A DNA stretch of 64,000 nucleotides from the NCBI GenBank assembly GCA_977862235.1, contig OZ374566.1:186001-250000 (forward strand), in the 5' to 3' direction. Positions 1 to 9,537 of this stretch are shown one piece after another. A program made the position numbers and the translations under genes. The notes beneath the pieces are model-generated. The model searched no databases. It saw only the letters and a list, made by a program, of their open reading frames with translations, and was not told the DNA's origin. Position 1 is the stretch's first letter. The number at the start of each line of letters is the position of its first letter. This DNA is from Dudresnaya verticillata. Lineage: Eukaryota.

Positions 1-32
1 GGCACCCCCGAGCAGGCACCCCCGAGCAGGCA
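1..32. repeat. 14-bp tandem repeat (GGCACCCCCGAGCA), possibly continuing left of the window
   Basis: Two exact units at 1-14 and 15-28 plus a partial GGCA. Confidence 0.8.
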
Positions 33-368
33 AAACTAGAAGGTCCAAGCAAGGCCACTGTACAGTATTGCTAAGAGCCTTTCTAAATCTAACAGCATAT
101 CAGCACGACGCACCTGCTGCTGAAAGACCGAACAACAATGCCGGAGCGATATAATGCACACACATTATGTGCGCCACGGTCGATTCCCAGGACCTCTGGT
201 GCCACTCCTGCCTGAGAGTCATACCAATAGCTATGGGACGTCCATCGATAACGTTCAGCCCTTCAACATACAATGCAATGTTGCCTGTTTTCTTATCCAC
301 AACAGCAACGCTCTGTCCTGGTTGCCATCGATGTCACAAGACGCAAAAACTGGAAAGAAACGAGGGTA

Positions 369-1607
369 CTAGGCTCTGGATCTGTTAGCTAAGGCGCGAA
401 GGTCAACTGGGTTCATCCGGGCGCTTCCAGTTGGCATAGACCCCGGCTGCATAGAAGCAGCTGTCCTTCCTGCAGTCGCAGCAGCATCACCGCTCGAGGG
501 GGCCGGAGCTGAGGCACCAGATGCCGCCACTTTCCCAGTGGACGCGGCACCTGCGGCTGCAGCGGCACTCGCCTGAGTATTTTGTACCGCCTGGCTCGAC
601 TGCGGGACACGCACGGTTGGCTGCCCTGCATACGAAGAATTGCTACGCAGAGGAATGGACCCACGCGAAAAGCGTGGTGGGCCCTGCCCTTCAAACGGGT
701 AAATACACGAGGGAAGGAAGATACCACGCGAAGCATCAAAGGCCAGACGGCGCTCCTCGGTCTTTGGAGTGAAAAGGGTCTTGTGCCGCGCAAGCCACTT
801 TCCAAGCGCCAGAAACGCTTCCTCACCAGTGTCCTCACGCGCCATGAAGTAACGCACGGCGGTGTTGGCACGTTCTGTTATGACCTTGAAGACGGCGTAA
901 CGACTGCATGCCCAGCGACCCGCATTGGTCTCATCTACGCCAAAGATGGCAATATGCTCGGGAACGACGTATGTGGCGGAGGTGCCATCCGGGAGCGGCT
1001 TTGCGCCGGGTGGGGCGTCAACGTCCTTAAACCAGACAAAGGCGCGGAAGACGTTGGGGCACTGAAAAATAACGCCTCCATCGGACGGATTGCGCAAGAC
1101 AGCCAAGCCGGTCTCCTTGTGAACCTTTCCAAAAGTGGCGGTAAGTGCATCTGAGCGCAGCGGGGTGGCGGTGGGTTTTCCGGCGGACGACAAGAACAAC
1201 CTACGGCGCTTCGCGTCGCTTTCCTTTGCATCACTAGGCTTTTCTGTAGCGGGCTTGCGGTCTTTGGGGTCTTTGGGGTTGGCGCGGGCGAGGAGGACGT
1301 CGTCCGACTCGATGCCGGGCAGCAGGACGGAAAGAGCGCGCTTGGCGCGCTGTGCGGGCGGGACGGAGGCGGTGGGACGCGGCGGGACGCGGCTGACGTT
1401 CTTGATGCGCTTGACGGTGTTCTCCGCCTTCTCGACCAGGGCCTCGGCCTTCTGCGTGTGCTTGGCCAAGCTATGCGCAATGTTTTGGTCGATCGGCGCG
1501 TCGCTGCGCATCAGCTGCTTGACGTGCTGCTTGAGCCCGTTGACATCTTGGCGCGCGCGCTCGACTGCGGCCATTGTTTTGGCGGCGGGCGTTTGCGAGT
1601 GCGACAT
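369..1607 (-). CDS. MED27: Mediator of RNA polymerase II transcription subunit 27-like
   Basis: Intact 412-aa ORF. SRYAVFKVITERANTAVRYF...KWLARHKTLFT...RRLAFD...FLP matches the Med27 C-terminal pattern (S.Y.VF.K.T.HA..A..F...W+.SY..LF...L...LPP); helical N-terminus. Confidence 0.75.
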   Translation of the reverse strand: MSHSQTPAAKTMAAVERARQDVNGLKQHVKQLMRSDAPIDQNIAHSLAKHTQKAEALVEKAENTVKRIKNVSRVPPRPTASVPPAQRAKRALSVLLPGIESDDVLLARANPKDPKDRKPATEKPSDAKESDAKRRRLFLSSAGKPTATPLRSDALTATFGKVHKETGLAVLRNPSDGGVIFQCPNVFRAFVWFKDVDAPPGAKPLPDGTSATYVVPEHIAIFGVDETNAGRWACSRYAVFKVITERANTAVRYFMAREDTGEEAFLALGKWLARHKTLFTPKTEERRLAFDASRGIFLPSCIYPFEGQGPPRFSRGSIPLRSNSSYAGQPTVRVPQSSQAVQNTQASAAAAAGAASTGKVAASGASAPAPSSGDAAATAGRTAASMQPGSMPTGSARMNPVDLRALANRSRA

Positions 1608-1881
1608 TTTGCGGTGGCGGGCAGGGGGGGCGGAGGATTAAGCTGGGCGAAGACTACGCGGGTGAATGGGGGTGGGGGGCGGGAAGAAGGGCGCTGACAT
1701 GGAGCGTGAAAGTCGTGTCTGTGCACGAAACGAAATAGACTTCAAAAGTAGGAAAAGGGACGATTCTCTGATTCTTCTCAAAAATGATTCGCGCAATTTA
1801 GAAAACATTTGTTTGGTACAGTACAGCTTTGCACTCGCCATAGTAATTCGGGCCCTTTGGTACAATGATTGCGCTTCCCCT

Positions 1882-3489
1882 TTAGGCCGCTGCCGCCGCC
1901 TTCAACCGGCGCTCGGCCTCAACCTGCTCGTACGACTTCTTCTTCAGCAGCGGCGCAAGCAGCACGGCCACGACGCCGCAGCACCCGAGCAGCAGCGCGA
2001 AGAACGCGTTCCACCCCAACCGCTTGACACACACCGTCAGCGGGAACCCGGCCAGCGCCGCGCCCGCGTACGCAAGCAGCCCGACAAAGCCATTGCTGGT
2101 CCCCGCAAACCGCCGGTCCACGCACTCAGTCCCACTGAGCCCGACCAGCAGCTGCGGCCCGTACAGCCCCACGCCTGCCAGCGCGAACAGCGCCCACTGC
2201 AGCGGCAGCAGCGCCTTGGTCACCGGCACGTAGAAGAAGCCGGTCACGGCCGCCGCCGTGATCACCAAGTACAGCATGATCACCCTGACGCGCTGCCCGA
2301 TGGCACCGGCCGCTGGGTTGCGTGCAATCAGCCTGTCCGACAGCCAGCCCGACGACACCGACCCCACCAGCCCGCCCAGCTCCAGCCCGGACACGCGTAT
2401 GCCGGCCTCGACCAGCGTGGACACGCCGCGTGCCTGCATCAGGTAGAATACCGTCCACGAGGTAAGCGCCTGCCGGATGATGTACACGAAGAAGTAGGCG
2501 CCGGCCAACGACCAGATGGCCGGCTCGGTGAGCACGCCGTCCACCAGCTGCGTACGGAACACGTCGACCGGGCCTGGCGCGGCCTTCTCGGTGTTCGTGT
2601 CGCTCTTCCTCTTCTTCTTCTCTTCCGGCGCGAGCCGCGTCGAAAGCTCTGGTGGTAGCGCCGGGTGGCGCGGCAGCCCCGCATCGCGCGGCGAGTCGCG
2701 CACGGCGACGTACGCCGCGACGGCGGTGCACAGGGCCATGGCGGCTGGGACGAGCATGCCAAAGCGCCAGCCCAGGGCGGAAGCAGCGGCGCCGACAATG
2801 ATGGGCGAGAGGGCGCCGCCGATGTTGAGCGACACGTTGAGCACGCCCCAGTACGTGCCGCGCTCCGCCTGCGAGAACCAGGTGGACAGGAGCTTGGCGC
2901 AGGCCGGGAAGCCGACCGAGCTGACGAGCCCGTTGAGGGCCCAGACCAGGGCAAAGTACGGGACGGACGCGCCCAGTGCGAAGAGGGCATTGCACAGCGC
3001 GGCCAGCGCTAGCCCCATGGCCAGGATGCGGCGCGGCGAGCCTAGATCGGCCACGACGCCGCCAAACAGCTTGGACACGCCGTACACGGCCGGGAAGCAC
3101 GAGCTGATCAGGCCGACCTGCTGCAGCGACAGGCCCAGCGCGGGCTGCATGAGCGGGGCGCTGAACGGGAAGCTGAAGCGCGTGACGTAGTACACGGCGT
3201 ACGACACCAGCATGGCCAGGAAGACGCGCCAGCGCCACAGCACGTATGCGCGCGGGAGCGCGGCGGCGGCGGCGGCGGCGGCGGCGGGCGGCGGGGTCGC
3301 GGGCGGGGCGGAACGCGCGTACTCGCGCGGCGCGGGCGGCGTCGACGGCGACGCCGCGGACATGCGCGGCGGCGCGGCGCGCGGCGTGCGGCGCGCGCGC
3401 GGCGCGCGCGCGCGGTGGCGGCGCGGGGAGATGTGCGCGGCGCGGCGGCGCGAGAGCGGCGCGGCGGCGGGGACGAAGGCGGCGGGCAT
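1882..3489 (-). CDS. uhpC: MFS organophosphate:Pi antiporter, UhpC/GlpT family, with putative plastid transit peptide
   Basis: Motifs YYVTR, YGVSK..GG..AD, WFSQAERGTYWG, YFFVYIIR, GWLSD, YGPQLLVG, GFVGLLAYAGA; ~12 hydrophobic segments. The ATG at 3489 gives MPAAFVPAAAPLSRRR, an Ala/Arg/Pro-rich leader with a red-algal-type AF motif. Confidence 0.9.
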   Translation of the reverse strand: MPAAFVPAAAPLSRRRAAHISPRRHRARAPRARRTPRAAPPRMSAASPSTPPAPREYARSAPPATPPPAAAAAAAAALPRAYVLWRWRVFLAMLVSYAVYYVTRFSFPFSAPLMQPALGLSLQQVGLISSCFPAVYGVSKLFGGVVADLGSPRRILAMGLALAALCNALFALGASVPYFALVWALNGLVSSVGFPACAKLLSTWFSQAERGTYWGVLNVSLNIGGALSPIIVGAAASALGWRFGMLVPAAMALCTAVAAYVAVRDSPRDAGLPRHPALPPELSTRLAPEEKKKRKSDTNTEKAAPGPVDVFRTQLVDGVLTEPAIWSLAGAYFFVYIIRQALTSWTVFYLMQARGVSTLVEAGIRVSGLELGGLVGSVSSGWLSDRLIARNPAAGAIGQRVRVIMLYLVITAAAVTGFFYVPVTKALLPLQWALFALAGVGLYGPQLLVGLSGTECVDRRFAGTSNGFVGLLAYAGAALAGFPLTVCVKRLGWNAFFALLLGCCGVVAVLLAPLLKKKSYEQVEAERRLKAAAAA

Positions 3490-4874
3490 GGCGAGGGGCG
3501 GCGGGGCGCGGCGCACCGCGGCAGGGCGGCGGGGCGAAGGGCAGTCGAGGGCGGGCGGCGGGCGCGGGCGAATCAGTCTATGCGGGCGGGCGATGGCGGC
3601 GCAAGGGGCGGGCGGGTGCGCGGCGACGCACGTGTGTGGCTGGCGCGGCGTGACGGTTGGGCATTGCCTGCGCGTTCGGGAATGTGGCGGACTTGGCGCG
3701 ATGCGATTGGGTGCGTGGGGCGCGGGCTTCGCGCATGTTGATTGGTGCAGTGGCGCGGCGATGCAAATAGATCTCGCCGGAGGCAGTTGTTGCAGTGTAC
3801 GGCAATTGGAATCAGAATCGAGACTGGACCTCGAGACGTGTCTGCACGCACCGCCATTGTTCAGCTATCGTATCACAGGGAGAGCGCCGCCGGAGACGCT
3901 CTCCGCGTCAAGCAGCCGCGCTCTCTCTCTCAACATGGCACGCATGCCATGCAGAAACGTATATAAGCTCGATCAGATGGCGACAACACAACACAGTACC
4001 GCCTACATAATAGGGATTGTATCTATCGTTGAGGCTACTCTCAGTAGTAAGCTCGTCTTGTTCTGGAGCCTCGCGCGCGGCTTGCTCGCGTGCTTCGCAT
4101 TGGCTACCTTCATACCTTCACAACGTACCAACTTGCTCCTCCCTTCGCGTCTCGTTTACAATAATACCGCATTCCAAGGTGGTGCATGTACTGTATGCAC
4201 ATGCGCCGCCTGTCTCGCCAGCTTCAGGAGGATGCAGCTCACCCAGCAAGCAACCATTGTCCATCCCATTAAATCGCAACATTCTCACCAGTACTCTACA
4301 TCGGGTTGAGTAAAATTATACAATCACCAGTGCTGTGCTGCTTTTTGCAATACATAAATATCTCTCTCCCTCCCGCCGACTCTCCTAACAATTGCAAATA
4401 CAAACTTGCCGCTTCTTACACTCCCACTTGTTGCAGTTTCAAATCGTGCATCGCCGTCCTTGTCAAGGACAAACGCGAGAAGGGCACGTACTGATCTTAT
4501 CACAACGAAGCAAGTGAAAAAAAAAACCCTGATTGCGAGGAAGGAGCCACATGCATTGTCATCTTCTTCACCTTGAACACCATGTTTCCTTCAACTTGAG
4601 AGACCCCGCGCCCTTGCTACGCTATTAACAATAGTAATGTAGCAAACACTTTTCTATAATATCTCATAGCCTTGCTTTGCATGCACACTAACACCTGTTG
4701 CACGCTCACGCTATATATACTGAGATTGCTCACATGCATTCACATCGCACACACAGACGGCCATACTTGTGCTTGCAATCCCCATCCCATCTCTAGGAAC
4801 GGTGCTACCCTTTCAGATTAGTTACCCAGTCACCCTTGTCACAAACCATTCTCTTCCACAACCACAACAACAAC

Positions 4875-6384
4875 ATGCTGAGCCTTCTGCATTGCAGCGC
4901 TGGCTTTGTGCTTGTCTGCCTCCTTTCGCTGTAAGTGTTTGCAAGCCCACCAAGGTCGCTCAACACTTCCGTCGTCCGCCAAATATCACTAGGCCTATTC
5001 ACCTGCAAGAATTCCAACCAAATTGTTCAAGCCGTTTGCTGCATCGTGCTCAAGACAGTCAACGAAGAATTGCAATCCCGCCAAATCTCCATCTCCAACA
5101 ACGGAGTCTTGTTCAAGTATACCGACCCGACCGATCGCTGGCTTGACACCGGCCACAGCTGCTCCGTTAGAGTCCGACTACTCAATGTCTACTACCAAGG
5201 TTTGATCACCAGCGCAGCTTCCATCCAACTCAAGGGCAACATGCTGTATGAGCCGGTCGTTGTGGCCCTCAAACTCCCGGTAAACTCCAACGCTCGCGTC
5301 GACATGAGAAAGGAGTTTGGAATTCGCTTTTTCGGAAGGTGTTGACGCTACGCAAGGGACAGTTTCTACGCCGCCGGCGCCCTGTCCACATTGGCGGACA
5401 TCACCGCGGGCCTTTCCTTAAAGCCTTCTTTCCGCGCTCGCTCAGATGGAGACTACGAACTTTGCATCCAGCCGGAAGTAGCCTTGCTGTTCGACCTGGA
5501 GAGCCACAATTTGAGCTTCCGAATCCATGGCATGTCGTGGCTCACGCGCATCTCGCATCTATTCCTTCGTCAAGTCCAAACTGTCTGGCATCCTGACCGT
5601 GGTGTCGCAGGTTTTCAAGGGTGACAGCATCAAATCGATATTCAACGGCATTCTCAGGCGTGTTGTGTTCCGCATCGGAAACGTCGTCGTCGTCAACTAC
5701 CATCTCTTGCCAGGCGTTGTCCGCGACGTAATCAACAAGCAGCTGCTCAAAGGCGTCAACCGAATTGCAGAAAAGAAAGCAAAGGGCTTTGGCGACGACC
5801 AGGAGGACAAGCTCAACACCGAACTGCGCAGCATTCTCAAGACAGACTCCAACGGCAAGCGCACAATCGTCGTGCGCAAGGAGATCGTGGACTTTGTGCG
5901 ATCGCAACAGGCACGCTTCAGCTTCTCCACGACCCGCACTTCACTCTCCGGCACGGAGCTGCTCGTAGAGTACCAGTGGCCGCAGCGAGAGAAGGACCTC
6001 GACACGAACACGCAGTTCCTGGGCGAGCAAGCCGGGTACAGCTGCCGGCCGAGCGGCACCTACGTGAGCTTCAACGGCGACCGCACCGGGTTTGGCGACA
6101 CGGAGAGCTCGGTCGTCAAGCTGGGCGCGGCGCAAGACGCCGGCAAGTGGTCCACGGCCACCACTGTGTACATGAACGCGCACTGGCACAACCGCATCTC
6201 CGGGCCGGTGATTTTGCGCGTGACGCTTCGCGACGCGGCCTCGAAACAGGCGCTTCCTGGCGCGACCGTGACCAACTTTGTGCTGCCCGGGACGCTGCGC
6301 GGGTGCTCTGTGAAGAGAGTTGCTTCGCTGGTGGTTCGGAAGTCGAGCTCGACTGCGTATTCGTTCTCGCTTACCACGTACTGA
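4875..6384 (+). pseudogene. Disrupted secreted protein of unknown function
   Basis: Signal-like MLSLLHCSAGFVLVCLLSL, then in-frame stops at 4932 (TAA) and 5343 (TGA) in one continuous frame. A 7-bp duplication (5547-5560) shifts into the 5527..6384 frame. The C-terminal domain has a W...DLDT...G...D..G..E pattern. Confidence 0.7.
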
Positions 6385-7514
6385 GCAAAAGCGTTGACAA
6401 GCATGGAGCGGCTGCAGCTGCATACTATATATTTTTAGTTTTTGTTGCTCCTTTGATGTAGACAAACTTTTGTTTCGTTTTTGTTGGTATCTACGTACAA
6501 TATAGTGAGTCCCCTGCTTTATGTATTCGGAGAATGACAATAATACTTTAGGGAAGGCCCCCAACGCTGCAAGCAGACTGCTAGACCGCAGATTCTTACG
6601 CCATTGGTGCACCTCAACGCGCGCATCGACAGCCGATTAAAATATACAAGGACAAGTGTGGTACAAGCGCAGAGTATGCAGAAGCGATAGGGGACGAGGT
6701 TTACGGCTTTGGCGGTGTAGATAAAGTCCATCTCATGGTAAGAATGCTTGCTTGATTTTAACGCCTTTGCCATCTCGGAAACGGCGTTCCTAGGTCGTTC
6801 ACAAGCGACTTGAATGAGAGAAAACGCACACAAAGACCGGCCTTGCAAGGGTGAAGACCGTGAAGCGTATCCGGCATGCGCTCCAGAGGCACTTTCAAGG
6901 CGTTGAGCTGGCAGCCACGCCAAAGGGATTGCTCTGCAATTACATGTACCTTCTGAAGGTATATGGCGGGCTGCTCAAGTCTCGCCTCCGGACGGACGTG
7001 TGCGCAGCCAGTGCAAGAGCGACACACCGTAAAAACAGTCTTTTTGCAGTTAATTCTCTCTAAAACGCGCAGTGTGTGGACCCTTCGAAGGGTAGCACCC
7101 GGCAGGTCGCGTTGTGCCTCCGCACAACATTGTCTGTGTGCTCTCTCTCACTCAACAAAAAGGCAGTTCGCCCCAAAGTGTGCACAGCCAATGCTGCATC
7201 CATACGTAGGTAGCCCACCATGACATACGCACCCCTTTGTCAACACCATCATCCCTAATTGTCTAATCGCGTTGCGTGCCGCAGTTTCATACAGTGTTAG
7301 AATACAAGCCTCGGCCGACTGCATACTTGCCAGACTGCTGCCCAACCATGATGACCCGGCCTGTGCGGCTAGACTATTTGCAAATTGCAATGCACCCCCC
7401 GTTCTCGTGGCACACGCTTGCAAGTGGTAGATAACATGTTACATCTCAGCTCTGTCCCAACTTGGGAAGACAAGCTTTTGTCTTCAAAGCAAGGACCCGT
7501 CCAACAAAAAAAAA

Positions 7515-8555
7515 CTAGCGGAAAGTGTCGCAGTACTTTGTAGGCAGCCCCGAAAAGCCGCAGTAGCACCCATTGCGCTCATCTTCGAGCATGTGCTGCC
7601 AAAGCAGGCAGCCGTACAAGTTGGTGCACACCTCCTCCCAATTCTCCACCACCTCGCACATGTTATCGCCCGTGGCCTTAAACCGCAGCGGCCTGGTCGG
7701 GGCCGGCGCCAGCCCGAGGAAGCGGTACACGTCTGCCAGCGTCTCCTCGCGGTGGTACAAATAGTCCTCGTACGGCACCTCCCGCACACAGCCCGAGTCT
7801 CTTGTCAACTCATACGCCGCGCGCGAGATGAGGCGCTGCGACACAATCATGCCGCGCATGGTGTTGTGCAGAAACGACATGTTTGCTATCGGGAACGAGC
7901 ACCCGGCGCCGAGCCGGCAGCGCTCCTCGGCCGAGATGTTCTTGCGCAGGCCCTCGACGGCGCTGCGGTCGTTGAGGTAGCGGTGCGAGTACTCGCCCAC
8001 GGCGGCCTTGAAGATGTTCTTGCGGTACTGCCAGATGATGCGCGTGCCGTACTCGGCCACCAGGGCGCGCCACTCGTCCGGCGCGTCCAGAATGTGGCGC
8101 GGGCGGACCTTGAAGCCCGGGACCTTGCCCTCGCGCAGGCCCTGGTCGAAAATGCGGCGCGTCACGGCTAGCGCGGCCGAGCTGTTGTCCGCGGCGGCGT
8201 GATCCACCGGCTCCGCGTAGCCGGACAGCATGGCCGGGTGCTGGTGCAGCTCGGTCAGCAGCGCCGTGGACCCGCTGTGGCCCATGAAGACCATGAGGTA
8301 CGAGCGGGCGTGCTGCGGCGCGACGCCCGCGCGCGCGGCCGCGCAGGACGGCAGCGCGCGCGCGTGGCGCGCCGACACGCTGCCCCTTCGCGGCGGGCGG
8401 TTGGCATGCGAATGCGCGCGCGCCGCGGGCGCAGACGCGGACAGCACGCACGAGACGCGCGCGCGCAGCTGGTCGGCGGTGATGGCGAGGTAGCAGACGA
8501 GCACGACGGCGCAGGCCGGGAGGAAGAGGTGGACGTAGGACGCGTGCTTGCCCAT
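7515..8555 (-). CDS. Type II membrane sulfotransferase (P-loop/PAPS-binding, Stf0-like)
   Basis: ATG at 8555 (MGKHASY) followed by one TM anchor. 5'-PSB-like MGHSGST.L..ELHQHP, GFKV, 3'-PB-like YRKNIFKAAV, VPYEDY, FLGL, VVENWEEV. Confidence 0.85.
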   Translation of the reverse strand: MGKHASYVHLFLPACAVVLVCYLAITADQLRARVSCVLSASAPAARAHSHANRPPRRGSVSARHARALPSCAAARAGVAPQHARSYLMVFMGHSGSTALLTELHQHPAMLSGYAEPVDHAAADNSSAALAVTRRIFDQGLREGKVPGFKVRPRHILDAPDEWRALVAEYGTRIIWQYRKNIFKAAVGEYSHRYLNDRSAVEGLRKNISAEERCRLGAGCSFPIANMSFLHNTMRGMIVSQRLISRAAYELTRDSGCVREVPYEDYLYHREETLADVYRFLGLAPAPTRPLRFKATGDNMCEVVENWEEVCTNLYGCLLWQHMLEDERNGCYCGFSGLPTKYCDTFR

Positions 8556-8567
8556 GGCGGCGGCGGC

Positions 8568-8568
<1 letters not shown>

Positions 8569-8630
<62 letters not shown>

Positions 8631-8770
8631 TGAGGATGAAGCGCGGCGGCAGCGGCGGCGGGGGGGGGGGGGGGGGGGGGGGGGGGGCTGGCTGTAGGCT
8701 GCGACTCTCTCTTGCGGGCGCGCGGGCGAGAGAGACGGATGGGATGGGATGGGATGGGATGGGATGGGAT
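8569..8770. repeat. Compound microsatellite: (GACGAG)10, G28 run, (GGGAT)6
   Basis: Read directly at 8569-8628, 8660-8687 and 8741-8770, immediately upstream of the sulfotransferase ATG. Confidence 0.95.
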
Positions 8771-9537
8771 ATGGGATTAGCGGCGAGCGGGCGCGAGGGC
8801 GAGCGCGCAAGGGCCACGGCGCGGGTCGGGGCGGGGCGCGGCGGGGCGCGGCGGGGGGGGGGGGGGCGGCGGCGCGTGTGGGGGGCGGTGTCGAGAGGAT
8901 TTCAACGCGGATCGGGCGCGGCTCTATTGGGGCTGTTGCGGGTGTGTTTGTAATAAGGTTTGGGCGTTGTGGTGGACAGCCTGCGGATACACTTGAGGGT
9001 ATCCAACAGGGGCAGTGCTCAGTGTCAATCGTTAGTGTGTTGAATTGGAGCGTCTGTCGCAGTATTGTGGAGAGTTGAAACGGCAATGCAAACGAATGAG
9101 CGCCGATTGTCGACACTGCTGGATACGCCCAATGCGCGTACAGCAGTGTATCGCATGAATCTTTGGCATCGCGCAGCACAAATCCCTCCAATCCCCGACA
9201 TAAGAATACTGTGCCCGCGTTGGGTCGCTGCGCCGCATATACAGACACTATGTGTCAGCCTTGTGGCCCGCCACGGCGCGTCGCACCACTCTTTCAGTAC
9301 TTGCACTGTACAGTGTACTGTTATCGACAACTGTACCGTGCCGTACAGGAAGGACATGGCCCAAATTCCTTTACCGCGAATGTTCCGAATATGTATCCCT
9401 TTATCTGCAATCCAGTGCCAAATCACCGCCGCCCCCGTGGCGCCCTGTCTTCCCGTACAACGCCGTACACAGCACAAGTACGCAGCACAAGTACAGTACA
9501 CACACCCTCACGCCTCATGCCGCCGACAGCCACACCC

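Noticed and set aside
1666..4309. Long overlapping ORFs (1666..2658, 2126..3238, 2516..3190, 3212..4309)
   Set aside because: Alternative-frame or antisense shadows of the GC-rich UhpC gene; low complexity, no motifs
4931..4936. GTAAGT as an intron donor removing the first stop
   Set aside because: Possible, but the frame continues as plausible protein and two further lesions remain
8556..9248. N-terminal extension of the 577-aa ORF
   Set aside because: Non-ATG start and merely translates microsatellites; the ATG at 8555 precedes the membrane anchor
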